A stretch of DNA of 64,000 nucleotides. It comes from TPA_inf: Saccharomyces. Its lineage: Eukaryota. Location: the NCBI GenBank assembly GCA_000146045.2, contig BK006942.2, positions 64,001 through 128,000 of the forward strand. Direction: 5' to 3'. Within the stretch, counting starts at the first letter, position 1, and each line of letters begins with the position of its first letter. The notes below the pieces were generated by a model. It was not told the origin of the DNA and searched no databases. It worked only from the letters and a program-made list of their open reading frames with translations. This document shows positions 1 through 12,027 of the stretch, one piece after another. The translations under genes were made by a program, and so were the position numbers.

Positions 1-3000
1 TCCTTTTCGTGATCTCTCGAGACGTCTTCTGATTGGAGTTCATGTGCTTTGAGCTTCGTATCTAGATCAATAACTTTAGCGTTTTCAAAGTGTAGATCTT
101 GTTCTAATTTGTCTTTAATTGCTTTTAATTCGTTGAGTTCGTTAGTTAAAGCAGCTTGTTGTTTCTTAGATGCGTCCAATTTTTCATGAGCCTGCTTCTT
201 TAGCCTATTGAATTTATTTTCCAAGTCAGCGTTTGCGTTCTCAGCGCTTGAAAGTTTTCCCTTCAAATCACTAATCTCATTAGTTAGCTTTTCAATGTCT
301 TTTTTTTGGGCATCTTTTTGTTGTTGAGATAAGTCCTGGTACCTCTGTTTACATTGCTCCATTTCACTTTCATATACTAAAATTTTGTTAGAATTTATCG
401 AAACTTGTTCTTTTGTTTGTATGAGATCACGCTGTAATCGAGAAATTTCTTCTTGCCTATCATTTAATTGTTTATAAATTTCCCTGTTTTTTTCGGTTAC
501 GTTTTTGAGACTCTTTTGTAAGATGGCATTATTCTCTTTTAAAATGTTAACTTGAGTAACTTCTTTCGTGATATCCTTGAATTCGTCAATAATAACTGCA
601 GAGCATTGGTATTCCTTCTCCGATAAAGTCTGGGTTCGTTGCAGGTCATTTATCGTTTTTTCTAAACTATCGTTCTTTTGTTTAACGAATGCCAATTCTC
701 TCTTACAGGTGGTTAACTTCGTCTCTAAAGAATTTCTTTCATGACGTAAGTTTGAAAACAAAGAAACTAGCTTCAAATGATCTTTATCGCCATTATTTGC
801 TGCTGTGTCATCAACCTTTTCAATCAATACCGAATTTTCAACACGCAAGGATTCCGTCTGTTCAATATTAGATATCAATTCTCTTTCATAATCAGCCTTT
901 TCCTCCATCCATTTCCTTTCATGTTTATCGAGTAAATCCTGAGCGCTATACAATGAGGATTTGGTTTTTGTTAATTCTGCTTGGCAATCAGCCGCATCCT
1001 TTTCAAGGCGGATAACCAATTCAGATAGATCTTTATTTTCCTTCATTGTGGACTGATATTGGGACATTTCTTTTTTTTTGCACAGTTGGACAATCGTACT
1101 CATTTTTTCAATTTTTTCTATCATTTTTTGGATCCTTTCTACCTCATTCCTCAACTTTTCTGATTGTTGAACGAAATGCAATGCACCTTCTTTTAGTTTC
1201 GGTTGCAAAGCTCTTATTTCACCGAGCTCTCCGCGTAAACGAGATAGATCTTCTTCCCTCGCCCATTTTTCCTTCTTCTCTAGTTCAATCTTAGCATCGT
1301 AATTTTCTTTGGTTTTTGCTAGTTCATTTTTCAATTCTATTAGCGCATTTTCATTCGATGATATAATTTCTTCATAAGCCTGTATCTGTGAGTTTGCATC
1401 CTTCAATTGAACTTGGATTTGCTCTAATTCTTTTCTCAAAGTCGGTTCTAACGTGCTTGCATCACTATTTTGATCCAAGAATTTATATTGGAATTTGGTT
1501 TTTCTTAGTTCCTTATCCAGGTTCTCTATTTCTGATGAAAGTTTTTCAATCGTTGTTTCCTTATTTGATAATTCAGTTAGTAAGGACTTCATTTTCATTT
1601 CTGTATCATCGATGGTATTTTGAGCCCATTTGAGTTGCGAATCCTTGCATGAGCGTATCGATTCTATTTCTTGTATCTTTGATTGTAAGTCGGAACGTAA
1701 TCTTTCCAAATTGTTTTCCAATTCTTTGATTTTGGCTTTGTATTGGCCCTCTTTCGAGCTAAAATCCATTTTATTTTCATTATGACTGATTTCAGACTCC
1801 TTTAGTCTCATCTGCAATTCTTTTTTTTCTTTGCAGCATTGTTCGAAATCTCTAGTTAAAGATTCTTTCGTGGGTATAAAGCTGGCAGTTTCCTTTTTCA
1901 GTTTGGAAATCTCGTACTCCAAAGATTTGATTTTGATCCTAGACTGTGACAGTTCAGTTGAGGCTCTTTCTTTCTCAACATGTATGTATGATGGAACCCA
2001 TGATTTTTGTTTCTCGAGTTCAGCTTTTAGGTGGTCTATTGCTTCCTCTAACATACGTTCTTTTTCCTTTGCCAAACCCTTGAAATTTTCAAAATCCTCT
2101 AAAGTTGTTTTTTTTTTGCATTGTGATTTCTTATAAATTAACAACTCTTTTCTTAAATTCTGAATAATAGCAGAGTTTTCGACTTTTGTAGATGAAAGTT
2201 CTGCCTCAAGTTCTCTAATCTTCTTTTCACGGGCTGCTTCCATAGAAGTGACAGAATTTGTGTTGGCCTTGTTTTCTTCAGTTGATGCCAGCAATTTGTA
2301 AGAATCCCGCTCTCTTAATAGGATATTTATCCGGGTTTCCATCTTCGCATTGATGTTCTCCAGTTCAATTATTGCATCTTTTGCTTCTTTAATGGTCTGG
2401 TTTTCTACCTTTTGTAAGGTCTTGTCTTGTTTTCCTTCATAATTTTCTAATTTATCAGCCAAAATCCGAATGCAATTCAAGAGTTCAACATTTTTTTCTT
2501 GTAGCTCATTCACATTACTGAATTCAACCAGTCTTTCCGTAATGATGGCTTGGGAATCATTTTCATTTACGATATTGCTCGACTCCAGTATTTTTCTTAA
2601 TGATATCAGTTCATCTTGCGATAACGGCGATGCCGTTTCCTGTATCGCAGATGTATTTAAAAGAAGTAGTTTAACTTGACGGGCCAAATCCAAACGTTGT
2701 TTCACCAGAGAATGAATATTTGCTTCACAGCCATTTATCTTCTGTCTCAGTGAAGTTATTTCTCTTTCTTGCTTACGCTTAGTCAAAGAAACAGTTTCTA
2801 GTAGTTCTGTGGAACGTTTTAGTTCATGTTCCAATGATTTTGTTCTTTCCTTAAAAGAGATCAGTTCAGGGGTTTTATGCTCTAATTCTAGTATAAAATC
2901 CTCCAGTTGATTCTGTAATTGAAATTTCTGATTCCTTTCCTTTATCAATTGTCTTTTCAGCACTTTGATATCAGAAAATAGTTTACCTACTGTGGGAGAA

Positions 3001-4067
3001 ACTGCACTCGTAGTCATTGTAGCTTCTTCTTCCTTGGTACAATCCATAACTATATTCTGTAACCTTTGACACTCATTTTTTGATTTTTCGAGTCTTAATT
3101 TTGTGTCTATAAGTTCGTCTATCACATCAGTATGTTCAGGGTTCCTGCAGGAATTATCATCATTTTTCTCTATTGCTCTCAAGGAACAATCTTTTTCCAA
3201 TGATGTTAGTTGTGAGCGTAGCAAATCGTTCATATTTTTTTGTAAAGTCATTTCTTTGGAGAATTCTGCTTTTTCCACACTTGCGGTATCTTTCAAATTT
3301 TTCATTTCCAGTACTTTCTCTTCCACCGACTGGGATAATTGTTTATTTTGATTTAGTAAAAACTTATTGTACGTAAAGACAGATTCATAGTTGGATTGCA
3401 TTTGGTATAGTTTTTCTTCGAGGTTCTCTACGTGCGATGATTTTGTGACTTCTTCTGTTAGCGTTTTTTTGCTAAAAGATGATAATTTTTCTTCAATTAA
3501 TTTTTTACTTTGTAACATTAATTCTTTTTCCTGTACTGAGGTATCGTACTTTAACTGTAATGATATAGCATTGGACTTGCACCTTTGTAGTATATTTTCC
3601 ATTTCCATCAGCTTTCTTCGAAGAAGCTTATTTTCTTTGTTCAAATCATCATTTAAAGAATCATTCCCCTGATCTCTACTCTGCCAAATGTCATATTCTT
3701 CTTTAACTCGTTTTTCGTCATTTACTTCTCTCATAGCTTCATGGCTCACATGCAATTGTTTTTTTAGTGCATCTATTTCCCGCCTATATCTGGAACGTTC
3801 TTCATTCAGCTGATCTTTCAAGCCATTCAATTCTTCTTTAGCTGTGTTCTTCTGCTCAGAAGATTCATCTAGTAGCTGCTTAAGTTTTGAAATCCTTGAA
3901 TAGTACTGCGATTTGATCTCATCGACCAAAACATTGAGTTTTGTCACTTCCTCTTCAGAACGTTCAAACTTGGCTATTTTCTTGTATAACTTTCTTAAGA
4001 CAGGATAGGTAACACCTTGAAGTGATTCGAATGGAACATTTAAAAACTCAGATATTTTGTCCTCCAT
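1..4067 (-). CDS. MLP2: Myosin-like nuclear-pore-associated coiled-coil protein Mlp2 (partial; 3' end of the gene lies beyond the window start)
   Basis: Uninterrupted minus-strand reading frame from the window edge to ATG at 4067..4065 (revcomp ATGGAGGACAAAATATCTGAG = MEDKISEF...). The translation is ~1355 aa of heptad-rich coiled coil (E/K/L/Q rich, e.g. ...KAELEKQKSWVPSYIHVEKERAS...). It is absent from the ORF track only because the stop is outside the window. Its position upstream of and divergent from RPL40A fits YIL149C. Confidence 0.9.
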   Translation of the reverse strand, partial: MEDKISEFLNVPFESLQGVTYPVLRKLYKKIAKFERSEEEVTKLNVLVDEIKSQYYSRISKLKQLLDESSEQKNTAKEELNGLKDQLNEERSRYRREIDALKKQLHVSHEAMREVNDEKRVKEEYDIWQSRDQGNDSLNDDLNKENKLLRRKLMEMENILQRCKSNAISLQLKYDTSVQEKELMLQSKKLIEEKLSSFSKKTLTEEVTKSSHVENLEEKLYQMQSNYESVFTYNKFLLNQNKQLSQSVEEKVLEMKNLKDTASVEKAEFSKEMTLQKNMNDLLRSQLTSLEKDCSLRAIEKNDDNSCRNPEHTDVIDELIDTKLRLEKSKNECQRLQNIVMDCTKEEEATMTTSAVSPTVGKLFSDIKVLKRQLIKERNQKFQLQNQLEDFILELEHKTPELISFKERTKSLEHELKRSTELLETVSLTKRKQEREITSLRQKINGCEANIHSLVKQRLDLARQVKLLLLNTSAIQETASPLSQDELISLRKILESSNIVNENDSQAIITERLVEFSNVNELQEKNVELLNCIRILADKLENYEGKQDKTLQKVENQTIKEAKDAIIELENINAKMETRINILLRERDSYKLLASTEENKANTNSVTSMEAAREKKIRELEAELSSTKVENSAIIQNLRKELLIYKKSQCKKKTTLEDFENFKGLAKEKERMLEEAIDHLKAELEKQKSWVPSYIHVEKERASTELSQSRIKIKSLEYEISKLKKETASFIPTKESLTRDFEQCCKEKKELQMRLKESEISHNENKMDFSSKEGQYKAKIKELENNLERLRSDLQSKIQEIESIRSCKDSQLKWAQNTIDDTEMKMKSLLTELSNKETTIEKLSSEIENLDKELRKTKFQYKFLDQNSDASTLEPTLRKELEQIQVQLKDANSQIQAYEEIISSNENALIELKNELAKTKENYDAKIELEKKEKWAREEDLSRLRGELGEIRALQPKLKEGALHFVQQSEKLRNEVERIQKMIEKIEKMSTIVQLCKKKEMSQYQSTMKENKDLSELVIRLEKDAADCQAELTKTKSSLYSAQDLLDKHERKWMEEKADYERELISNIEQTESLRVENSVLIEKVDDTAANNGDKDHLKLVSLFSNLRHERNSLETKLTTCKRELAFVKQKNDSLEKTINDLQRTQTLSEKEYQCSAVIIDEFKDITKEVTQVNILKENNAILQKSLKNVTEKNREIYKQLNDRQEEISRLQRDLIQTKEQVSINSNKILVYESEMEQCKQRYQDLSQQQKDAQKKDIEKLTNEISDLKGKLSSAENANADLENKFNRLKKQAHEKLDASKKQQAALTNELNELKAIKDKLEQDLHFENAKVIDLDTKLKAHELQSEDVSRDHEK

Positions 4068-4707
4068 TGCCGGTTTGCTTCCGCCCAGTGTTCTTTCGCC
4101 TTAAATTTCTTTTGGTAAACTTCCACTAGAAAAAGAAAAGCCACCAGAGAAATAAGCGCTTGCAATTTAACGCCGATATTGTTTTCTTCTTCTATTATCT
4201 TCAATTATCGATCAACTCTATCCAACAATTCTATAATATCCACTGTTCATTAACGAATATTGGTCTTTTTCCCTTATGGTGAAGTAAATTTTCCATGCAA
4301 TATCCGGGTAAGCTATCGACAAGTTTATTGACTGCAATTTGAGTTTATTACATCCGTACATTACTAAGATGTATGGTTTTTCTATTTTTGTGCTCCGTGT
4401 CGATATTTCGTGGAGCAAACCAGAAAAGATGCGGAACCTCTTAGCACTCCGCCTGGACATAGGCGGAGCATATTCCTCCTATGGGATGGGTTTTGTTGTA
4501 CTCTTTTCTCTCTAGACAGGACCTCCGATTGCCTCCCTGAGGGTGAGATGGTTTCCGGCCTCAGGACGGCCTTCTCCAGTTTCTAGCGAGGCATACATTC
4601 CAACCAAAGGTGTATCAAGAATATCTGAAATTAAAGGTAGTTGAATCTCTATTTGTTGTTGTTATTACCGCTTATTATCCCATAGTTGAGACGACCAAGA
4701 TTCAAAC

Positions 4708-5528
<821 letters not shown>

Positions 5529-5790
5529 TCTGTTTCGCCCAATCAATCTATACATTTATTTACTGTATACTTTAATGTACATCTTCTTTTATCATACCTA
5601 CTGTTAAAATCATAATATTAATTCATACAATATACTTAAGAAAACAATATACTTTTCTTAGTTTCATAACTTTGGAATCTATAATGTTGTTTTTTTTTTT
5701 TTAAGTATATTTGTATATTATGCATATAAGTCAACGCGTAGCGGTGGTATTACGCGCAAGCTTTTGATTTCTCTTACTATTCTTGGTTGT

Positions 5791-8700
5791 TCATTTGTTA
5801 TTTTTCTTTCCCTGATATGCTGCACAAAACTCAGTAAGAATAGTTTTCAATTTTGGTCTTTTGATTGGTTTCGATAAAAATCCGTTCATTCCTGATTCCA
5901 AACATTCTTTAATGTTGCTATCGTCAGCAAAAGCGGTTAGAGCGACAATAGGTGAGGTATAACCTAAATCGCGCCTTATCATCTTGGTAGAAAGTAAACC
6001 ATCCACTTTAGGCATCTGGACATCCATGAAAATCATATTATAATTTTCGCCCTTAGATGTCAATTCTTTAACTTTGTCGAATGCTTCTTGGCCATCGCAA
6101 GCCAGTTCAATATTTTCAATGCCCTCCAAGTTCAACATTCTTTTGATAACTTCCTGATTTACATGATTATCTTCTACAACCAAAATTTTGACACTTGTTT
6201 CATTTTTATCGTCGTCTTTGACTGTGGGGATGTTTCTACTTGATGTGGCTGTACCAGTACTTTGCAAAAATGGTCTATCAAGATTGACAGAACCTAGACC
6301 TTCATGTCGAGAACGATGCTTAGAAGACAAGGAATTTTGTTCGTTAACTTCAGCACCTGTAAGACATATAGAAGGTTTAATATTTTTTTCCTGCAGTTGT
6401 TCAAGCCCTCCATTGTCGTTTTTTTCTTCTCTTCCCATGTTAGGATTTCCAACATCTTTCGTCTCATGCTTACCTTTACTTCTTACCTCCGGTAGCACGT
6501 CGTTGGTTAGGCTACTTCTATTTGTAGCTGGTGTTGCAACAGATGATGTGGATTGTCGGCTCTTGATGCTTTTAGCAACACTAAACTTGACTCTTCTGTT
6601 CTTTCTACTCTCAGGATTAAATTCGTCCTCAAAAGGAAACTCCATATCTGCAAAACTGATCTCTTTAGTTTGATTTAATGGCAAGGTAAAAGTGAATTTA
6701 CTACCAACACCTACTTTCGACTCTAATTTCATCGTTCCATGCATCATATTTGCTAACTGTCTACAGATTGATAGACCTAAGCCAGTACCACCATATTGCC
6801 TGGACAATGTTTGATCACCTTGAACAAATGGATGAAATACAGATTCTTGTAAGGAAGGGTCAATACCAGGCCCAGTGTCTTCCACTTCAATAGAAATAAC
6901 CCACGTTTTGGGGTTTTCGATAGGTCTTCCTAGGTTACCACCTTCTTCATCATCTGAGCCAGGTGCTTTATTGAACTGACTATTGAAGATAGCGTTATCA
7001 TACGAGCTGGTAGTTGTTGATACTATAGAAGATACATCATCATTCGAAGCTTTTTCCCTGTCATTCACTTTCTTATAGATACTTTCATTCGCAACAGTAT
7101 TTCTTTTTGTTATCTCTTCCTGAATTGTCGAAGTGTCTCTATTACTTCCTAGGGAAGTAGCGCTGGATTCTAAATCGACACTTTTCCTATGGTTCGATAA
7201 AGTTGGAAGATCGTATTTATCTGTAGTTTCTAAATTTTCGGTTACTTCTGTCCCTTTTTTGATATACACTTCTTTGTATTGCTTCTTCTCGCTTAATTCT
7301 TTGTCGTATTCACCCAACAGTTTCATTCTTACATCAACGGTACCATCTACAGGGGTGAACTTTAGTGCATTGGACACTAGATTCATCACAATTTGAATAA
7401 TTCTGTTGGAATCACCCCAAAGAACCATTGTCCTTATCAAATTAGGAAACAATGATATTGAAAGACGAACACGCTGATCCTTTGCAACTTTACCAAATAT
7501 CGATTTTATTTGTAAGGCAACATCGGTAATGCAAAAATCTCTTTTCTCCAGTTTCGTTCTTTGAAGAACGTTTTTGGAAAAAGTTAACAATTCCGTTAGA
7601 ATATGAAGCAAAAGCTCACCTGATCTAAAAATGAGTTTTAAACTATTTCTTATTTTGTTAACATCGGTTTCTTCCATTGAAATAGCCGTCATACCCAGAA
7701 TACCATTTAAAGGCGTTCTCAATTCGTGCGAAATATTGGCAATAAAGACGGTTTTTGCTTCATTTGCGGCCTCTGCCTCAATCTTGGCAGCTTCGAGTTG
7801 TTTTGTCCTCGCCCTAACTCTTTCTTCTAGAAGAGCATAATGTTGGTCTAATGCGTCTGTCATAGTATTGAAGGTTTCTGTTAAATCGGAAAGTTCATCA
7901 GAAAATAGTCTTCTATAATCTGGTAGCCTAGCTTCAGTTAAATTTGCAGAAGTTGTGAGAATGTGAGATCTATTGGAACTTCTGTCAGTGTCATTATGTC
8001 TCAAGGAATGTGGTCCAAGCAAATCGTGATTTAGCGAGCCATCCATTGATATTTTAGCATCGGTGTGGTTATTCGGTATTTTGTTCTCCTCCTCTGGAGG
8101 TGACATTTTCTCATTTCCAAGGTTTATAGCGCTTTTCATGCTACTATTTGCTGAAAAAGCTGCACCACTGCCATGGCCACTGCCTCCATGGCCACTTACG
8201 CTTGTGGTGCTGCCAGCTTCAGCAGTATTAAATTGTAATAACGAAGAAGGAACAGCAAATCCAGAACTAAATCCTCTTTTGAATGAACTGGCTCTGCTTA
8301 TCGTTCTTGGGGTGCTCGGTCGAAGGCCTCTCCCCTCTGTAATTAATTCAGTTGCCTTTTGTAGACGTACAATTGGTTGCACTGCCCAGTGTGCTAGAGG
8401 AAGGGTTAACAAAATGACAAAGACACCAATAGCGATGACAGTGCCGGTGATGATTTTTGCTAGTTTCGTTGCTGGAGAAAGGAAAACCGACTCAGGCTGT
8501 GAAACTATCGCGACCCAATTAACTAGGTTAAACGAACATGGTGAATAGCCTAAAGCAGTATTCCGTGTAGAAAGGATATTGGTTTGTTTCAAAGACCCTC
8601 CCTTCCCGTTTCTAAATGCGCTACTAATGAATGTATCATTTTTTATAGAAAAAACTTTTTGCGGGAGGTCTGATCGTGATCCATACGGTGGAAAGACAAA

Positions 8701-9453
8701 ATGATACCCTGAAGCTTTGCCTTGACTATTATATACTGCAGAAATAATGGCAATTGTGGAATGTTCTAAAGCAGTTGTATCGTTGAACACACTTTTCAGA
8801 CCCTCTGCCGACATTATTATAGTAATGTATCCGTAAACCCTTGAATCAGTCAAGATAATAGAAGGATTGGCAAAAATAGGTAAAGACATAGACATCAAAT
8901 AGTCGGTGCTATTTAGTACTGGATCCGTCAATATACCTATAGTTTCCAGTGAAGAAGGTAGCGGTGTATCGGTGGATAATGGGAACAAACTGTCTAAAAC
9001 ATCTTCTGGAATTAGATCACCAGTTCCATTATTCGTAGCGTTCAAAACAGCATTAAATGAAGAATCGTAAACTTTAGCAACATAAAACAAGTTTGAAGAG
9101 CTCAAAAATTTTTGAATCACACTCAAGGAATCTACCCAATTATCTGCACTCTTGTTACCTGCAACGTAACTTGTTAGTGAGCTTTGCAGGGCGTCTCTTG
9201 ATGCCAAATAGTACGCCTGGTAATATAAGTAGTTTAGAGTTTGGTCAATCTGTGATGACTTTAACTGAGCGGCAATGTACAGTCTATCGGACCTTAAATT
9301 TTTATAGTTCGAGGTAAAATAGACCCCTGTCGTTACAGCCAGAATAATCAGTGAGCCCAAAGCCACTATACTAACTAGTGCCGTTAGTTGAGTTCGGATG
9401 CCTATCCTAAACGGAGGAGTGAGTTCCAATTTTGATGGCAGGCCAAATCGCAT
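5791..9453 (-). CDS. SLN1: Hybrid sensor histidine kinase / osmosensor of the HOG two-component phosphorelay (1220 aa)
   Basis: ATG at 9453. Two N-terminal TM segments. H-box ISHELRTPLNGILGM, G-box GTGLGLSICRQLANMMHGTM, and a C-terminal receiver domain (ILVVEDNHVNQEV...FMDVQMPKVDG...ALTAF). The 1220-aa length matches SLN1. Confidence 0.96.
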   Translation of the reverse strand: MRFGLPSKLELTPPFRIGIRTQLTALVSIVALGSLIILAVTTGVYFTSNYKNLRSDRLYIAAQLKSSQIDQTLNYLYYQAYYLASRDALQSSLTSYVAGNKSADNWVDSLSVIQKFLSSSNLFYVAKVYDSSFNAVLNATNNGTGDLIPEDVLDSLFPLSTDTPLPSSLETIGILTDPVLNSTDYLMSMSLPIFANPSIILTDSRVYGYITIIMSAEGLKSVFNDTTALEHSTIAIISAVYNSQGKASGYHFVFPPYGSRSDLPQKVFSIKNDTFISSAFRNGKGGSLKQTNILSTRNTALGYSPCSFNLVNWVAIVSQPESVFLSPATKLAKIITGTVIAIGVFVILLTLPLAHWAVQPIVRLQKATELITEGRGLRPSTPRTISRASSFKRGFSSGFAVPSSLLQFNTAEAGSTTSVSGHGGSGHGSGAAFSANSSMKSAINLGNEKMSPPEEENKIPNNHTDAKISMDGSLNHDLLGPHSLRHNDTDRSSNRSHILTTSANLTEARLPDYRRLFSDELSDLTETFNTMTDALDQHYALLEERVRARTKQLEAAKIEAEAANEAKTVFIANISHELRTPLNGILGMTAISMEETDVNKIRNSLKLIFRSGELLLHILTELLTFSKNVLQRTKLEKRDFCITDVALQIKSIFGKVAKDQRVRLSISLFPNLIRTMVLWGDSNRIIQIVMNLVSNALKFTPVDGTVDVRMKLLGEYDKELSEKKQYKEVYIKKGTEVTENLETTDKYDLPTLSNHRKSVDLESSATSLGSNRDTSTIQEEITKRNTVANESIYKKVNDREKASNDDVSSIVSTTTSSYDNAIFNSQFNKAPGSDDEEGGNLGRPIENPKTWVISIEVEDTGPGIDPSLQESVFHPFVQGDQTLSRQYGGTGLGLSICRQLANMMHGTMKLESKVGVGSKFTFTLPLNQTKEISFADMEFPFEDEFNPESRKNRRVKFSVAKSIKSRQSTSSVATPATNRSSLTNDVLPEVRSKGKHETKDVGNPNMGREEKNDNGGLEQLQEKNIKPSICLTGAEVNEQNSLSSKHRSRHEGLGSVNLDRPFLQSTGTATSSRNIPTVKDDDKNETSVKILVVEDNHVNQEVIKRMLNLEGIENIELACDGQEAFDKVKELTSKGENYNMIFMDVQMPKVDGLLSTKMIRRDLGYTSPIVALTAFADDSNIKECLESGMNGFLSKPIKRPKLKTILTEFCAAYQGKKNNK

Positions 9454-10183
9454 TTGTATTGTTAAATCAAAACAAAGTAGATTATACCCAACGTGTTCTT
9501 ATTTCAATTCTATGCTTATTATAATTGGATGATAGATCTATAAGATCTTCTCCACTGCTGTTACCTGTCTTTATAGAATTCGTAGTAGGAAATGGAAAAC
9601 AACAAACAAGGACAGAATCAAAACTCCGGACGGAATCTGCTAAAATGTAGTGAGTTGGCTTTTGTTCGTGCTGTTTTCGATGAACTATTAATCCCAAATT
9701 TATGTAGTAATAATCACTAAAAAATGCGAAGAGGAAATATTAACGCGCGGCGCAAAAAGATCGGGTAATTTGGGCGTTTAAGTACATGAAGGTAGAATAT
9801 TTCAAATATGATGTCAAAGGCGATAATAGTAACTTCTAAATGCATTCACATTTACAGCGATAGTTTCCTTGAAGTCGTCGGAATACGCTCTATGCGCTAT
9901 GGTTGATTTTTAATTGTTTTTTTGTGTTGAGACGCGAAAGTAAGGAATATATAAAGAAACTTAAATTTGCTAACAGAAGAAATATTTTATAAGCTGTTTG
10001 TTTATGTATTTATGAAACCAAACAAAAAATTGCCTGTATAATGAAAGAATTTTCATATTTGATAAGCTTCTATGTAATTAAGGAAAGGAACCAAACGGGG
10101 AATATAGATACGCAGTGAGAGAAACAGAAGTGATAGTAAAAAAGTGAGTAGGAACGTGTATGTTTGTGTATATTGGAAAAAGG

Positions 10184-11773
10184 TTACAATAGAATATAAC
10201 CCAGTGCCAAAATCCGATTAGATTCATCAATGGAAAATTCAGAGCTTTTATTAAGGTTCTCCAAAAATTTTAAAGGTTTAGAAAGAGCATGCAAGACAAA
10301 AGTATTCATTTTGCCCCAAGTCTCCTTGATTATGGTAAGACTTTTCATAATGAATCCATCGGAGTGGAAGTTTATCTGAAGCGTACCCTTATCAAACCAT
10401 AAAAACTGCTCAGTTGAAGAAGGAGATGCAGTGGCGGGCGTATTGATTGTGTCGCTAGAGGAATCTAAGGAAAGTAAAGAGGCCAATATGGAGGGCCGCA
10501 AACTTAAAGACTTAACTGTTTGGTGTTCGTATGCTGCAGTGACAAAGTATGTCACACAACATCCAAAACTAATTCCTATAGTAATTGAAATGCCCCAAGT
10601 GAACCAGCTCGTGAAGAACTTCTGCTTCTTTCTCTTGGGTTTTTTATTCGATTTAGGGGATTTCTTTTTTGAGTTTTCGGCTTTTTTGTTACGACAATAG
10701 GACCGAGACTTTGTATGTATAGCTTCGTCATCATTATCTTCCTCATTCACATCTTCTCCGTATTCCAAGGATAAATCTTGTAATCTTTGAAACATTTTTT
10801 TCAAATCTCTTTTGTTGGTCACAACAACTGGAGGAAACAATAATTTAACAAGTTTATTCCTTAAGAATGACTTCAGGACGTTTTTCACTTGGATGACTTG
10901 CCCAGGCTGGCAGATCGGTATTACAGGCTTGCCTTGAGAATATTGAACGATCCTGTTTAGCAGAGATACCATCTCTCTCAGCTCCTGAAAAATTATGACA
11001 ATCCCCGTATATTGCGGGAATGTTGCGGAATCGTGATATTTGGGTAATTCAAAAAGAGATTGGTATTCTTTTGGTATTGATTGATAAAAGCTGGAACCAG
11101 TCCTTCCCAGTATTAGAAGGCGAAAAACTGGATTCTTTTGTGTTAGTGATAGTTTGGGCATAACAAAAGAGTTTGTCGAAGAAGTCAAGCTTTTTGTTAT
11201 CGTCACACTATCTTCCTCAAAAGCCTCATCTTCATCACCATCATCATCTTGCTCGTTAAAAGGAGTTTTTTCCTTACCAGGCAAGGGCAGCGATATTATC
11301 TTCTGTAACTGTTTAAAGGGATGAGACGGTGAAACGACATTTGCTCCTTCTTGTCCTTGTTTAATAATATTTATTATATCAGCAGCAGGCGCTTGAAGCA
11401 GCTCTTGTTCTTCTTCAGAAGTATCACTAGATGATAGAATACTTCCATTAGTCGTTTGAGAAGAGCACCTTTCTGGGATGAAAGAAGCGCCCAAGTCCAA
11501 AGGCTGAATGGCTTGCCACGATCCTGATATACTATCGTTTACATTGTGGTTGCCGGATATGTCAATGGACGTAACCAAGTTCTGTCCCATTGGCGAAGGC
11601 GAATGCCCTGTCTTACTCAACAATTCCAATACTGATAGATGAGGGTCAAGTAAGCCTTTGTCTTCCCCAGTTTGTGCTTCAGAGCATGTGTGAATAGTCG
11701 TTGACGAGGAATCAGGTGGCATGCTTTTAGATGAGGATCCTTTACCTTCCCTTTGTTGGTATTCCAAAACCAT
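10184..11773 (-). CDS. ATG32: Mitophagy receptor Atg32 (Ecm37), 529 aa, C-terminal TM anchor
   Basis: ATG at 11773 ([14 protein letters not shown]...). Acidic/Ser-rich N-terminus and a single TM near the C-terminus ([22 protein letters not shown]). Size and position between SLN1 and PAN6 match YIL146C. Confidence 0.9.
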
Positions 11774-11829
11774 ATGTTTACTGTTCCTGGCAGATTTTTT
11801 TTGCTTTTGTGATTAGGACTTCAATATTG

Positions 11830-11860
11830 CTTATCGATAAGAGAAGTCACAACTGATAAG
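11830..11860. promoter_or_regulatory. Cluster of three GATA cores (CTTATCGATAAG palindrome plus GATAAG) 57-87 bp upstream of the ATG32 start codon
   Basis: cttatc|gataag at 11830..11841 and gataag at 11855..11860. GATAAG is the Gln3/Gat1 (NCR) core. Function is not shown by sequence alone. Confidence 0.35.
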
Positions 11861-12013
11861 AAAAATTGTCAAAAACGAGAAATGGGCTTTGTAAGAAAAT
11901 ATTTCAACAATAACCCAAAAATATAGATTTTAAAAGTATAATGATTATGCCTCAGGAAGCTTACTGCACCTTATTTCCTAAATAACTTTTTTATTACTTA
12001 ATAGATCTGTTTC

Positions 12014-12027
12014 TTTTTTTTTTTTTT
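12014..12027. promoter_or_regulatory. T14 poly(dA:dT) tract upstream of ATG32
   Basis: A pure T14 run, 240 bp upstream of the ATG32 start codon on the minus strand. Confidence 0.5.

Noticed and set aside
1046-3672. Multiple 60-100-aa plus-strand ORFs across the first 4 kb.
   Set aside because: All are antisense to the MLP2 coiled-coil ORF. Their F/L/S-rich translations are the complement of E/K/L codons.
4440-4560. TGTTG…-initiated, GC-richer block (…tgttgtactcttttctctctagacagg…) with a 6-bp hairpin (ccgcct…aggcgg) in the MLP2-RPL40A spacer. It briefly looked like a Ty LTR edge or tRNA-associated remnant.
   Set aside because: There is no matching TCAACA end, target-site duplication, LTR-like U3/R/U5 organisation, or adjacent tRNA. 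The whole 640-bp spacer is accounted for as the MLP2/RPL40A divergent promoter plus RPL40A exon 1. No A-box or B-box tRNA promoter motifs (GGTTCGAnTCC) are found anywhere in the window's intergenic regions.
4480-4560. Possible Rap1 sites (AAACCCATCCCAT on the minus strand at about 4485..4497) in the RPL40A promoter, and a similar search in the RPL16A promoter (35417..35859).
   Set aside because: These are only partial matches to ACACCCRYACAYM. I could not find a convincing Rap1 or IFHL pair by eye, so I did not annotate them.
6188-8548. Two 161-aa antisense ORFs (6188..6673 and 8063..8548) and several smaller ones inside SLN1.
   Set aside because: They are antisense to a verified long ORF, and their translations are low-complexity (Leu/Ser/Pro rich, e.g. 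PLPWPLPPWPLT mirroring SLN1's Gly/Ser linker). They are a statistical consequence of the sense codon bias.
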